Below, piece after piece: positions 1-15,000 of a stretch of DNA of 64,000 nucleotides. Where the stretch lies: NCBI GenBank assembly GCA_964016885.1, contig OZ024743.1:24862001-24926000 (forward strand), read 5' to 3'. The notes beneath the pieces are model-generated. The model did no database searches, was not told where the DNA came from, and saw only the letters and a program-made list of their open reading frames with translations. A program made the position numbers and the translations under genes. Origin of the DNA: Eledone cirrhosa. Taxonomy: Eukaryota. Within the stretch, counting starts at the first letter, position 1; each line of letters begins with the position of its first letter.

Positions 1-3000
1 TCCCAACCTTGTTTGCTGTAGTTAGCTGTGCTGACAGTTGGTTCTGTCCCTCCTCAGTCATACCAACCTTGTTTGCTGTAGTTAACTGGGCTGACAGTTG
101 GTTCTGTCCTTCCTCAGTCATCTCAACCTTGTTTGCTGTAGTTAACTGTGCTGACAGTTGGTTCTGTCCCTCCTCAGTCATCTCAACCTTGTTTGCTGTA
201 GTTAACTCTGCTGACAGTTGGTTCTGTCCCTCCTCAGTCATCCCAACCTTGTTTGCTGTAGTTAACAGTGCTGACAGTTGGTTCTGTCCCTCCTCAGTCA
301 TACCAACCTTGTTTGCTGTAGTTAACAGTGCTGACAGTTGGTTCTGTCCCTCCTCAGTCATCTCAACCTTGTTTGCTGTAGTTAACTGTGCTGACAGTTG
401 GTTCTGTCCCTCCTCAGTCATCCCAACCTTGTTTGCTATAGTTAACAGTGCTGACAGTTGGTTCTGTCCCTCCTCAGTCATCCCAACCTTGTTTGCTGTA
501 GTTAACTGTGCTGACAGTTGGTTCTGTCCCTCCTCAGTCATCTCAATCTTGTTTGCTGTAGTTAACAGTGCTGACAGTTGGTTCTGTCCCTCCTCAGTCA
601 TCCCAACCTTGTTTGCTGTAGTTAACTGTGCTGACAGTTGGTTCTGTCCCTCCTCGGTCATCCCAACCTTGTTTGCTGTAGTTAACAGTGCTGACAGTTG
701 GTTCTGTCCCTCCTCAGTCATCTCAACCTTGTTTGCTGTAGTTAACTGTGCTGACAGTTGGTTCTGTCCCTCCTCAGTCATCCCAACCTTGTTTGCTGTA
801 GTTAACAGTGCTGACAGTTGGTTCTGTCCCTCCTCAGTCATCCCAACCTTGATTGCTGTAGTTAACAGTGCTGACAGTTGGTTCTGTCCCTCCTCAGTCA
901 TCCCAACCTTGTTTGCTGTAGTCAACAGTGCTGACAGTTGGTTCTGTCCCTCCTCAGTCATCCCAACCTTGTTTGCTGTAGTTAACTGTGCTGACAGTTG
1001 GTTCTGTCCCTCCTTAGTCATCCCAACCTTGTTTGCTGTAGTTAACAGTGCTGACAGTTGGTTCTGTCCCTCCTCAGTCATCTCAACCTTGTTTGCTGTA
1101 GTTAACTGTGCTGACAGTTGGTTCTGTCCCTCCTCAGTCATCCCAACCTTGTTTGCTGTAGTTAACAGTGCTGACAGTTGGTTCTGTCCCTCCGCAGTCA
1201 TCCCAACCTTGTTTGCTGTAGTTAGATGTGCTGACAGTTGGTTCTGTCCCTCCTCAGTCATCTCAACCTCCTTTGCTGTAGTTAACTGTGCTGACAGTTG
1301 GTTCTGTCCCTCCTCAGTCATCTCAACCTTGTTTGCTGTAGTTAACTGTGCTGACAGTTGGTTCTGTCCCTCCTCAGTCATCCCAACCTTGTTTGCTGTA
1401 GTTAAATGTGCTGACAGTTGGTTCTGTCCCTCCTCAGTCATCTCAACCTTGATTGCTGTAGTTAACTGTGCTGACAGTTGGTTCTGTCCCTCCTCAGTTA
1501 TCCCAACCTTGTTTGCTGTAGTTAACAGTGCTGACAGTTGGTTCTGTCCCTCCTCAGTCATCCCAACCTTGTTTGCTGTAGTTAACTGTGCTGACAGTTG
1601 GTTCTGTCCCTCCTCAGTCATCTCAACCTTGTTTGCTGTAGTTAACTGTGCTGACAGTTGGTTCTGTCCCTCCTCAGTCATCCCAACCTTGTTTGCTGTA
1701 GTTAACAGTGCTGACAGTTGGTTCTGTCCCTCCTCAGTCATCCCAACCTTGTTTGCTGTAGTTAACTGTGCTGACATTTGGTTCTGTCCCTCCTCAGTCA
1801 GCCCAACCTTGTTTGCTGTAGTTAACAGTGCTGACAGTTGGTTCTGTCCCTCCTCAGTCATCTCAACCTTGTTTGCTGTAGTTAACTGTGCTGACAGTTG
1901 GTTCTGTCCCTCCTCAGTCATCCCAACCTTGTTTGCTGTAGTTAACAGTGCTGACAGTTGGTTCTGTCCCTCCTCAGTCATCCCAACCTTGTTTGCTGTA
2001 GTTAACAGTGCTGACAGTTGGTTCTGTCCCTCCTCAGTCATCCCAACCTTGTTTGCTTTAGTTAACTGTGCTGACAGTTGGTTCTGTCCCTCCTCAGTCA
2101 TCTCAACCTTGTTTGCTGTAGTTAACTCTGCTGACAGTTGGTTCTGTCCCTCCTCAGTCATCCCAACCTTGTTTGCCGTAGTTAACAGTGCTGACAGTTG
2201 GTTCTGTCCCTCCTCAGTCATCCCAACCTTGTTTGCTGTAGTTAACAGTGCTGACAGTTGGTTCTGTACCTCCTCAGTCATCCCAACCTTGTTTGCTGTA
2301 GTTAACTGTGCTGACAGTTGGTTCTGTCCCTCCTTAGTCATCCCAACCTTGTTTGCTGTAGTTAACACTGCTAACAGTTGGTTCTGTCCCTCCTCAGTCA
2401 TACCAACCTTGTTTGCTGTAGTTAACAGTGCTGACAGTTGGTTCTGTCCCTCCTCAGTCATCTCAACCTTGTTTGCTGTAGTTAACTGTGCTGACAGTTG
2501 GTTCTGTCCCTCCTCAGTCATCCAAACCTTGTTTGCTGAGTTAAATGTGCTGACAGTTGGTTCTGTCCCTCCTCAGTCATCTCAACCTTGTTTGCTGTAG
2601 TTAACTGTGCTGACAGTTGGTTCTGTCCCTCCTCAGTCATCTCAACCTTGTTTGCTGTAGTTAACTGTGCTGACAGTTGGTTCTGTCCCTCCTCAGTCAT
2701 CCCAACCTTGTTTGCTGTAGTTAACAGTGCTGACAGTTGGTTCTGTCCCTCCTCAGTCATCCCAACCTTGTTTGCTGTAGTTAACTGTGCTGACAGTTGG
2801 TTCTGTCCCTCCTCAGTCATCCCAACCTTGTTTGCTGTAGTTAACTGGGCTGACAGTTGGTTCTGTCCTTCCTCAGTCATCTCAACCTTGTTTGCTGTAG
2901 TTAACTGTGCTGACAGTTGGTTCTGTCCCTCCTCAGTCATCTCAACCTTGTTTGCTGTAGTTAACTGTGCTGACAGTTGGTTCTGTCCCTCCTCAGTCAT

Positions 3001-6000
3001 CCCAACCTTGTTTGCTGTAGTTAACAGTGCTGACAGTTGGTTCTGTCCCTCCTCAGTCATACCAACCTTGTTTGCTGTAGTTAACAGTGCTGACAGTTGG
3101 TTCTGTCCCTCCTCAGTCATCTCAACCTTGTTTGCTGTAGTTAACTGTGCTGACAGTTGGTTCTGTCCCTCCTCAGTCATCCCAACCTTGTTTGCTGTAG
3201 TTAACAGTGCTGACAGTTGGTTCTGTCCCTCCTCAGTCATCCCAACCTTGTTTGCTGTAGTTAACTGTGCTGACAGTTGGTTCTGTCCCTCCTCAGTCAT
3301 CTCAATCTTGTTTGCTGTAGTTAACAGTGCTGACAGTTGGTTCTGTCCCTCCTCAGTCATCCCAACCTTGTTTGCTGTAGTTAGCTGTGCTGACAGTTGG
3401 TTCTGTCACTCCTCAGTCATCTCAACCTCCTTTGCTGTAGTTAACTGTGCTGACAGTTGGTTCTGTCCCTCCTCAGTCATCTCAACCTTGTTTGCTGTAG
3501 TTAACTGTGCTGACAGTTGGTTCTGTCCCTCCTCAGTCATCCCAACCTTGTTTGCTGTAGTTAAATGTGCTGACAGTTGGTTCTGTCCCTCCTCAGTCAT
3601 CTCAACCTTGTTTGCTGTAGTTAACAGTGCTGACAGTTGGTTCTGTCCCTCCTCAGTCATCTCAACCTCCTTTGCTGTAGTTAACTGTGCTGACAGTTGG
3701 TTCTGTCCCTCCTCAGTCATCCCAACCTTGTTTGCTGTAGTTAACAGTGCTGACAGTTGGTTCTGTCCCTCCTCAGTCATCCCAACCTTGTTTGCTGTAG
3801 TTAACTGTGCTGACAGTTGGTTCTGTCCCTCCTCAGTCATCTCAACCTTGTTTGCTGTAGTTAACTGTGCTGACAGTTGGTTCTGTCCCTCCTCAGTCAT
3901 CCCAACCTTGTTTGCTGTAGTTAACAGTGCTGACAGTTGGTTCTGTCCCTCCTCAGTCATCCCAACCTTGTTTGCTGTAGTTAACTGTGCTGACAGTTGC
4001 TTCTGTCCCTCCTCAGTCATCTCAACCTTGTTTGCTGTAGTTAACTGTGCTGACAGTTGGTTCTGTCCCTCCTCAGTCATCCCAACCTTGTTTGCTGTAG
4101 TCAACAGTGCTGACAGTTGGTTCTGTCCCTCCTCAGTCATCCCAACCTTGTTTGCTGTAGTTAACTGTGCTGACAGTTGGTTCTGTCCCTCCTTAGTCAT
4201 CCCAACCTTGTTTGCTGTAGTTAACAGTGCTGACAGTTGGTTCTGTCCCTCCTCAGTCATCTCAACCTTGTTTGCTGTAGTTAACTGTGCTGACAGTTGG
4301 TTCTGTCCCTCCTCAGTCATCCCAACCTTGTTTGCTGTAGTTAACAGTGCTGACAGTTGGTTCTGTCCCTCCTCAGTCATCCCAACCTTGTTTGCTGTAG
4401 TTAGCTGTGCTGACAGTTGGTTCTGTCACTCCTCAGTCATCTCAACCTCCTTTGCTGTAGTTAACTGTGCTGACAGTTGGTTCTGTCCCTCCTCAGTCAT
4501 CTCAACCTTGTTTGCTGTAGTTAACTGTGCTGACAGTTGGTTCTGTCCCTCCTCAGTCATCCCAACCTTGTTTGCTGTAGTTAACTGTGCTGACAGTTGG
4601 TTCTGTCCCTCCTCAGTCATCCCAACCTTGTTTGCTGTAGTTAACAGTGCTGACAGTTGGTTCTGTCCCTCCTCAGTCATCCCAACCTTGTTTGCTGTAG
4701 TTAAATGTGCTGACAGTTGGTTCTGTCCCTCCTCAGTCATCTCAACCTTGTTTGCTGTAGTTAACTGTGCTGACAGTTGGTTCTGTCCCTCCTCAGTCAT
4801 CCCAACCTTGTTTGCTGTAGTTAACAGTGCTGACAGTTGGTTCTGTCCCTCCTCAGTCATCCCAACCTTGTTTGCTGTAGTTAACTGTGCTGACAGTTGG
4901 TTCTGTCCCTCCTCAGTCATCTCAACCTTGTTTGCTGTAGTTAACTGTGCTGACAGTTGGTTCTGTCCCTCCTCAGTCATCCCAACCTTGTTTGCTGTAG
5001 TTAACAGTGCTGACAGTTGGTTCTGTCCCTCCTCAGTCATCCCAACCTTGTTTGCTGTAGTTAACTGTGCTGACAGTTGGTTCTGTCCCTCCTCAGTCAT
5101 CTCAACCTTGTTTGCTGTAGTTAACTGTGCTGACAGTTGGTTCTGTCCCTCCTCAGTCATCCCAACCTTGTTTGCTGTAGTTAACAGTGCTGACAGTTGG
5201 TTCTGTCCCTCCTCAGTCATCCCAACCTTGTTTGCTGTAGTTAGCTGTGCTGACAGTTGGTTCTGTCACTCCTCCGTCATCTCAACCTCCTTTGCTGTAG
5301 TTAATTCTGCTGACAGTTGGTTCTGTCCCTCCTCAGTCATCTCAACCTTGTTTGCTGTAGTTAACTGTGCTGACAGTTGGTTCTGTCCCTCCTCAGTCAT
5401 CCCAACCTTGTTTGCTGTAGTTAAATGTGCTGACAGTTGGTTCTGTCCCTCCTCAGTCATCTCAACCTTGTTTGCTGTAGTTAACAGTGCTGACAGTTGG
5501 TTCTGTCCCTCCTCAATCATCTCAACCTCCTTTGCTGTAGTTAACTGTGCTGACAGTTGGTTCTGTCCCTCCTCAGTCATCCCAACCTTGTTTGCTGTAG
5601 TTAACAGTGCTGACAGTTGGTTCTGTCCCTCCTCAGTCATCCCAACCTTGTTTGCTGTAGTTAACTGTGCTGACAGTTGGTTCTGTCCCTCCTCAGTCAT
5701 CTCAACCTTGTTTGCTGTAGTTAACTGTGCTGACAGTTGGTTCTGTCCCTCCTCAGTCATCCCAACCTTGTTTGCTGTAGTTAACAGTGCTGACAGTTGG
5801 TTCTGTCCCTCCTCAGTCATCCCAACCTTGTTTGCTGTAGTTAACTGTGCTGACAGTTGGTTCTGTCCCTCCTCAGTCATCTCAACCTTGTTTGCTGTAG
5901 TTAACTCTGCTGACAGTTGGTTCTGTCCCTCCTCAGTCATCCCAACCTTGTTTGCTGTAGTTAACAGTGCTGACAGTTGGTTCTGTCCCTCCTCAGTCAT

Positions 6001-9000
6001 CCCAACCTTGTTTGCTGTAGTTAACTGTGCTGACAGTTGGTTCTGTCCCTCCTCAGTCATCCCAACCTTGTTTGCTGTAGTTAACTGGGCTGACAGTTGG
6101 TTCTGTCCTTCCTCAGTCATCTCAACCTTGTTTGCTGTAGTTAACTGTGCTGACAGTTGGTTCTGTCCCTCCTCAGTCATCTCAACCTTGTTTGCTGTAG
6201 TTAACTGTGCTGACAGTTGGTTCTGTCCCTCCTCAGTCATCCCAACCTTGTTTGCTGTAGTTAACAGTGCTGACAGTTGGTTCTGTCCCTCCTCAGTCAT
6301 ACCAACCTTGTTTGCTGTAGTTAACAGTGCTGACAGTTGGTTCTGTCCCTCCTCAGTCATCTCAACCTTGTTTGCTGTAGTTAACTGTGCTGACAGTTGG
6401 TTCTGTCCCTCCTCAGTCATCCCAACCTTGTTTGCTGTAGTTAACAGTGCTGACAGTTGGTTCTGTCCCTCCTCAGTCATCCCAACCTTGTTTGCTGTAG
6501 TTAACTGTGCTGACAGTTGGTTCTGTCCCTCCTCAGTCATCTCAATCTTGTTTGCTGTAGTTAACAGTGCTGACAGTTGGTTCTGTCCCTCCTCAGTCAT
6601 CCCAACCTTGTTTGCTGTAGTTAACTGTGCTGACAGTTGGTTCTGTCCCTCCTCGGTCATCCCAACCTTGTTTGCTGTAGTTAACAGTGCTGACAGTTGG
6701 TTCTGTCCCTCCTCAGTCATCTCAACCTTGTTTGCTGTAGTTAACTGTGCTGACAGTTGGTTCTGTCCCTCCTCAGTCATCCCAACCTTGTTTGCTGTAG
6801 TTAACAGTGCTGACAGTTGGTTCTGTCCCTCCTCAGTCATCCCAACCTTGTTTGCTGTAGTTAACAGTGCTGACAGTTGGTTCTGTCCCTCCTCAGTCAT
6901 CCCAACCTTGTTTGCTGTAGTCAACAGTGCTGACAGTTGGTTCTGTCCCTCCTCAGTCATCCCAACCTTGTTTGCTGTAGTTAACTGTGCTGACAGTTGG
7001 TTCTGTCCCTCCTTAGTCATCCCAACCTTGTTTGCTGTAGTTAACAGTGCTGACAGTTGGTTCTGTCCCTCCTCAGTCATCTCAACCTTGTTTGCTGTAG
7101 TTAACTGTGCTGACAGTTGGTTCTGTCCCTCCTCAGTCATCCCAAACTTGTTTGCTGTAGTTAACAGTGCTGACAGTTGGTTCTGTCCCTCCGCAGTCAT
7201 CCCAACCTTGTTTGCTGTAGTTAGATGTGCTGACAGTTGGTTCTGTCCCTCCTCAGTCATCTCAACCTCCTTTGCTGTAGTTAACTGTGCTGACAGTTGG
7301 TTCTGTCCCTCCTCAGTCATCTCAACCTTGTTTGCTGTAGTTAACTGTGCTGACAGTTGGTTCTGTCCCTCCTCAGTCATCCCAACCTTGTTTGCTGTAG
7401 TTAAATGTGCTGACAGTTGGTTCTGTCCCTCCTCAGTCATCTCAACCTTGATTGCTGTAGTTAACTGTGCTGACAGTTGGTTCTGTCCCTCCTCAGTTAT
7501 CCCAACCTTGTTTGCTGTAGTTAACAGTGCTGACAGTTGGTTCTGTCCCTCCTCAGTCATCCCAACCTTGTTTGCTGTAGTTAACTGTGCTGACAGTTGG
7601 TTCTGTCCCTCCTCAGTCATCTCAACCTTGTTTGCTGTAGTTAACTGTGCTGACAGTTGGTTCTGTCCCTCCTCAGTCATCCCAACCTTGTTTGCTGTAG
7701 TTAACAGTGCTGACAGTTGGTTCTGTCCCTCCTCAGTCATCCCAACCTTGTTTGCTGTAGTTAACTGTGCTGACATTTGGTTCTGTCCCTCCTCAGTCAG
7801 CCCAACCTTGTTTGCTGTAGTTAACAGTGCTGACAGTTGGTTCTGTCCCTCCTCAGTCATCTCAACCTTGTTTGCTGTAGTTAACTGTGCTGACAGTTGG
7901 TTCTGTCCCTCCTCAGTCATCCCAACCTTGTTTGCTGTAGTTAACAGTGCTGACAGTTGGTTCTGTCCCTCCTCAGTCATCCCAACCTTGTTTGCTGTAG
8001 TTAACAGTGCTGACAGTTGGTTCTGTCCCTCCTCAGTCATCCCAACCTTGTTTGCTTTAGTTAACTGTGCTGACAGTTGGTTCTGTCCCTCCTCAGTCAT
8101 CTCAACCTTGTTTGCTGTAGTTAACTCTGCTGACAGTTGGTTCTGTCCCTCCTCAGTCATCCCAACCTTGTTTGCCGTAGTTAACAGTGCTGACAGTTGG
8201 TTCTGTCCCTCCTCAGTCATCCCAACCTTGTTTGCTGTAGTTAACAGTGCTGACAGTTGGTTCTGTACCTCCTCAGTCATCCCAACCTTGTTTGCTGTAG
8301 TTAACTGTGCTGACAGTTGGTTCTGTCCCTCCTTAGTCATCCCAACCTTGTTTGCTGTAGTTAACACTGCTAACAGTTGGTTCTGTCCCTCCTCAGTCAT
8401 CCCAACCTTGTTTGCTGTAGTTTACTGTGCTGACAGTTGGTTCTGTCCCTCCTCAGTCATCTCAATCTTGTTTGCTGTAGTTAACTGGGCTGACAGTTGG
8501 TTCTGTCCCTCCTCAGTCATCTCAACCTCCTTTGCTGTAGTTAACCGTGCTGACAGTTGGTTCTGTCCCTCCTCAGTCATCTCAACCTTGTTTGCTGTAG
8601 TTAACTGTGCTGACAGTTGGTTCTGTCCCTCCTCAGTCATCCAAACCTTGTTTGCTGAGTTAAATGTGCTGACAGTTGGTTCTGTCCCTCCTCAGTCATC
8701 TCAACCTTGTTTGCTGTAGTTAACTGTGTTGACAGTTGGTTCTGTCCCTCCTCAGTCATCCCAACCTTGTTTGCTGTAGTTAACAGTGCTGACAGTTGGT
8801 TCTGTCCCTCCTCAGTCATCCCAACCTTGTTTGCTGTAGTTAACTGTGCTGACAGTTGGTTCTGTCCTTCCTCAGTCATCTCAACCTTGTTTGCTGTAGT
8901 TAACTGTGCTGACAGTTGGTTCTGTCCCTCCTCAGTCATCTCAACCTTGTTTGCTGTAGTTAACTGTGCTGACAGTTGGTTCTGTCCCTCCTCAGTCATC

Positions 9001-12000
9001 CCAACCTTGTTTGCTGTAGTTAACAGTGCTGACAGTTGGTTCTGTCCCTCCTCAGTCATACCAACCTTGTTTGCTGTAGTTAACAGTGCTGACAGTTGGT
9101 TCTGTCCCTCCTCAGTCATCTCAACCTTGTTTGCTGTAGTTAACTGTGCTGACAGTTGGTTCTGTCCCTCCTCAGTCATCCCAACCTTGTTTGCTGTAGT
9201 TAACTGTGCTGACAGTTGGTTCTGTCCCTCCTCAGTCATCTCAATCTTGTTTGCTGTAGTTAACAGTGCTGACAGTTGGTTCTGTCCCTCCTCAGTCATC
9301 CCAACCTTGTTTGCTGTAGTTAACTGTGCTGACAGTTGGTTTTGTCCCTCCTCGGTCATCCCAACCTTGTTTGCTGTAGTTAACAGTGCTGACAGTTGGT
9401 TCTGTCCCTCCTCAGTCATCTCAACCTTGTTTGCTGTAGTTAACTGTGCTGACAGTTGGTTCTGTACCTCCTCAGTCATCCCAACCTTGTTTGCTGTAGT
9501 TAACAGTGCTGACAGTTGGTTCTGTACCTCCTCAGTCATCCCAACCTTGTTTGCTGTAGTTAACTGTGCTGACAGTTGGTTCTGTCCCTCCTTAGTCATC
9601 CCAACCTTGTTTGCTGTAGTTAACACTGCTGACAGTTGGTTCTGTCCCTCCTCAGTCATCCCAACCTTGTTTGCTGTAGTTTACTGTGCTGACAGTTGGT
9701 TCTCTCCCTCCTCAGTCATCTCAATCTTGTTTGCTGTAGTTAACTGGGCTGACAGTTGGTTCTGTCCCTCCTCAGTCATCTCAACCTCCTTTGCTGTAGT
9801 TAACTGTGCTGACAGTTGGTTCTGTCCCTCCTCAGTCATCTCAACCTTGTTTGCTGTAGTTAACTGTGCTGACAGTTGGTTCTGTCCCTCCTCAGTCATC
9901 CAAACCTTGTTTGCTGAGTTAAATGTGCTGACAGTTGGTTCTGTCCCTCCTCAGTCATCTCAACCTTGTTTGCTGTAGTTAACTGTGTTGACAGTTGGTT
10001 CTGTCCCTCCTCAGTCATCCCAACCTTGTTTGCTGTAGTTAACAGTGCTGACAGTTGGTTCTGTCCCTCCTCAGTCATCCCAACCTTGTTTGCTGTAGTT
10101 AACTGTGCTGACAGTTGGTTCTGTCCTTCCTCAGTCATCTCAACCTTGTTTGCTGTAGTTAACTGTGCTGACAGTTGGTTCTGTCCCTCCTCAGTCATCT
10201 CAACCTTGTTTGCTGTAGTTAACTGTGCTGACAGTTGGTTCTGTCCCTCCTCAGTCATCCCAACGTTGTTTGCTGTAGTTAACAGTGCTGACAGTTGGTT
10301 CTGTCCCTCCTCAGTCATACCAACCTTGTTTGCTGTAGTTAACAGTGCTGACAGTTGGTTCTGTCCCTCCTCAGTCATCTCAACCTTGTTTGCTGTAGTT
10401 AACTGTGCTGACAGTTGGTTCTGTCCCTCCTCAGTCATCCCAACCTTGTTTGCTGTAGTTAACTGTGCTGACAGTTGGTTCTGTCCCTCCTCAGTCATCT
10501 CAATCTTGTTTGCTGTAGTTAACAGTGCTGACAGTTGGTTCTGTCCCTCCTCAGTCATCCCAACCTTGTTTGCTGTAGTTAACTGTGCTGACAGTTGGTT
10601 TTGTCCCTCCTCGGTCATCCCAACCTTGTTTGCTGTAGTTAACAGTGCTGACAGTTGGTTCTGTCCCTCCTCAGTCATCTCAACCTTGTTTGCTGTAGTT
10701 AACTGTGCTGACAGTTGGTTCTGTCCCTCCTCAGTCATCCCAACCTTGTTTGCTGTAGTTTACTGTGCTGACAGTTGGTTCTGTCCCTCCTCAGTCATCT
10801 CAATCTTGTTTGCTGTAGTTAACTGGGCTGACAGTTGGTTCTGTCCCTCCTCAGTCATCTCAACCTCCTTTGCTGTAGTTAACTGTGCTGACAGTTGGTT
10901 CTGTCCCTCCTCAGTCATCCAAACCTTGTTTGCTGAGTTAAATGTGCTGACAGTTGGTTCTGTCCCTCCTCAGTCATCTCAACCTTGTTTGCTGTAGTTA
11001 ACTGTGTTGACAGTTGGTTCTGTCCCTCCTCAGTCATCCCAACCTTGTTTGCTGTAGTTAACAGTGCTGACAGTTGGTTCTGTCCCTCCTCAGTCATCCC
11101 AACCTTGTTTGCTGTAGTTAACTGTGCTGACAGTTGGTTCTGTCCTTCCTCAGTCATCTCAACCTTGTTTGCTGTAGTTAACTGTGCTGACAGTTGGTTC
11201 TGTCCCTCCTCAGTCATCTCAACCTTGTTTGCTGTAGTTAACTGTGCTGACAGTTGGTTCTGTCCCTCCTCAGTCATCCCAACCTTGTTTGCTGTAGTTA
11301 ACAGTGCTGACAGTTGGTTCTGTCCCTCCTCAGTCATACCAACCTTGTTTGCTGTAGTTAACAGTGCTGACAGTTGGTTCTGTCCCTCCTCAGTCACTCA
11401 ACCTTGTTTGCTGTAGTTAACTGTGCTGACAGTTGGTTCTGTCCCTCCTCAGTCATCCCAACCTTGTTTGCTGTAGTTAACTGTGCTGACAGTTGGTTCT
11501 GTCCCTCCTCAGTCATCTCAATCTTGTTTGCTGTAGTTAACAGTGCTGACAGTTGGTTCTGTCCCTCCTCAGTCATCCCAACCTTGTTTGCTGTAGTTAA
11601 CTGTGCTGACAGTTGGTTTTGTCCCTCCTCGGTCATCCCAACCTTGTTTGCTGTAGTTAACAGTGCTGACAGTTGGTTCTGTCCCTCCTCAGTCATCTCA
11701 ACCTTGTTTGTTGTAGTTAACTGTGCTGACAGTTGGTTCTGTCCCTCCTCAGTCATCCCAACCTTGTTTGCTGTAGTTAACAGTGCTGACAGTTGGTTCT
11801 GTCCCTCCTCAGTCATCCCAACCTTGTTTGCTGTAGTTAACAGTGCTGACAGTTGGTTCTGTCCCTCCTCAGTCATCCCAACCTTGTTTGCTGTAGTCAA
11901 CAGTGCTGACAGTTGGTTCTGTCCCTCCTCAGTCATCCCAACCTTGTTTGCTGTAGTTAACTGTGCTGACAGTTGGTTCTGTCCCTCCTTAGTCATCCCA

Positions 12001-15000
12001 ACCTTGTTTGCTGTAGTTAACAGTGCTGACAGTTGGTTCTGTCCCTCCTCAGTCATCTCAACCTTGTTTGCTGTAGTTAACTTGTCTGACAGTTGGTTCT
12101 GTCCCTCCTCAGTCATCCCAACCTTGTTTGCTGTAGTTAACAGTGCTGACAGTTGGTTCTGTCCCTCCTCAGTCATCCCAACCTTGTTTGCTGTAGTTAG
12201 CTGTGCTGACAGTTGGTTCTGTCACTCCTCAGTCATCTCAACCTCCTTTGCTGTAGTTAACTGTGCTGACAGTTGGTTCTGTCCCTCCTCAGTCATCTCA
12301 ACCTTGTTTGCTGTAGTTAACTGTGCTGACAGTTGGTTCTGTCCCTCCTCAGTCATCCCAACCTTGTTTGCTGTAGTTAAATGTGCTGACAGTTGGTTCT
12401 GTCCCTCCTCAGTCATCTCAACCTTGTTTGCTGTAGTTAACAGTGCTGACAGTTGGTTCTGTCCCTCCTCAGTCATCTCAACCTCCTTTGCTGTAGTTAA
12501 CTGTGCTGACAGTTGGTTCTGTCCCTCCTCAGTCATCCCAACCTTGTTTGCTGTAGTTAACAGTGCTGACAGTTGGTTCTGTCCCTCCTCAGTCATCCCA
12601 ACCTTGTTTGCTGTAGTTAACTGTGCTGACAGTTGGTTCTGTCCCTCCTCAGTCATCTCAACCTTGTTTGCTGTAGTTAACTGTGCTGACAGTTGGTTCT
12701 GTCCCTCCTCAGTCATCCCAACCTTGTTTGCTGTAGTTAACAGTGCTGACAGTTGGTTCTGTCCCTCCTCAGTCATCCCAACCTTGTTTGCTGTAGTTAA
12801 CTGTGCTGACAGTTGGTTCTGTCCCTCCTCAGTCATCTCAACCTTGTTTGCTGTAGTTAACTGTGCTGACAGTTGGTTCTGTCCCTCCTCAGTCATCCCA
12901 ACCTTGTTTGCTGTAGTTAACAGTGCTGACAGTTGGTTCTGTCCCTCCTCAGTCATCTCAACCTTGTTTGCTGTAGTTAACAGTGCTGACAGTTGGTTCT
13001 GTCCCTCCTCAGTCATCTCAACCTCTTTTGCTGTAGTTAACTGTGCTGACAGTTGGTTCTGTCCCTCCTCAGTCATCTCAACCTTGTTTGCTGTAGTTAA
13101 CTGTGCTGACAGTTGGTTCTGTCCCTCCTCAGTCATCCCAACCTTGTTTGCTGTAGTTAAATGTGCTGACAGTTGGTTCTGTCCCTCCTCAGTCATCTCA
13201 ACCTTGTTTGCTGTAGTTAACAGTGCTGACAGTTGGTTCTGTCCCTCCTCAGTCATCTCAACCTCCTTTGCTGTAGTTAACTGTGCTGACAGTTGGTTCT
13301 GTCCCTCCTCAGTCATCCCAACCTTGTTTGCTGTAGTTAACAGTGCTGACAGTTGGTTCTGTCCCTCCTCAGTCATCCCAACCTTGTTTGCTGTAGTTAA
13401 CTGTGCTGACAGTTGGTTCTGTCCCTCCTCAGTCATCTCAACCTTGTTTGCTGTAGTTAACTGTGCTGACAGTTGGTTCTGTCCCTCCTCAGTCATCCCA
13501 ACCTTGTTTGCTGTAGTTAACAGTGCTGACAGTTGGTTCTGTCCCTCCTCAGTCATCCCAACCTTGTTTGCTGTAGTTAACTGTGCTGACAGTTGGTTCT
13601 GTCCCTCCTCAGTCAGCCCAACCTTGTTTCCTGTAGTTAACAGTGCTGACAGTTGGTTCTGTCCCTCCTCAGTCATCTCAACCTTGTTTGCTGTAGTTAA
13701 CTGTGCTGACAGTTGGTTCTGTCCCTCCTCAGTCATCCCAACCTTGTTTGCTGTAGTTAACTGTGCTGACAGTTGGTTCTGTCCCTCCTCAGTCATCTCA
13801 ACCTTGTTTGCTGTAGTTAACTGTGCTGACAGTTGGTTCTGTCCCTCCTCAGTCATCTCAACCTTGTTTGCTGTAGTTGACTGTGCTGACAGTTGGTTCT
13901 GTCCCTCCTCAGTCATCCCAACCTTGTTTGCTGTAGTTAACAGTGCTGACAGTTGGTTCTGTCCCTCCTCAGTCATCCCAACCTTCTTTGCTGTAGTTAA
14001 CAGTGCTGACAGTTGGTTCTGTCCCTCCTCAGTCATCTCAACCTTGTTTGCTGTAGTTAACTGTGCTGACAGTTGGTTCTGTCCCTCCTCAGTCATCCCA
14101 ACCTTGTTTGTTGTAGTTAACAGTGCTGACAGTTGATTCTGTCCCTCCTCAGTCATCCCAACCTTGTTTGCTGTAGTTAACTGTGCTGACAGTTGGTTCT
14201 GTCCCTCCTCAGTCATCTCAATCTTGTTTGCTGTAGTTAACAGTGCTGACAGTTGGTTCTGTCCCTCCTCAGTCATCCCAACCTTGTTTGCTGTAGTTAA
14301 CTGTGCTGACAGTTGGTTCTGTCCCTCCTCGGTCATCTCAACCTTGTTTGCTGTAGTTAACAGTGCTGACAGTTGGTTCTGTCCCTCCTCAGTCATCTCA
14401 ACCTTGTTTGCTGTAGTTAACTGTGCTGACAGTTGGTTCTGTCCCTCCTCAGTCATCCCAACCTTGTTTGCTGTAGTTAACAGTGCTGACAGTTGGTTCT
14501 ATCCCTCCTCAGTCATCCCAACCTTGTTTGCTGAAGTTAACAGTGCTGACAGTTGGTTCTGTCCCTCCTCAGTCATCCCAACCTTGTTTGCTGTAGTCAA
14601 CAGTGCTGACAGTTGGTTCTGTCCCTCCTCAGTCATCCCAACCTTGTTTGCTGTAGTTAACAGTGCTGACAGTTGGTTCTGTCCCTCCTTAGTCATCCCA
14701 ACCTTGTTTGCTGTAGTTAACAGTGCTGACAGTTGGTTCTGTCCCTCCTCAGTCATCTCAACCTTGTTTGCTGTAGTTAACTGTGCTGACAGTTGGTTCT
14801 GTCCCTCCTCAGTCATCTCAACCTTGTTTGCTGTAGTTAACTGTGCTGACAGTTGGTTCTGTCCCTCCTCAGTCATCCCAACCTTGTTTGCTGTAGTTAA
14901 CTGTGCTGACAGTTGGTTCTGTCCCTCCTCAGTCAGCCCAACCTTGTTTGCTGTAGTTAACAGTGCTGACAGTTGGTTCTGTCCCTCCTCAGTCATCTCA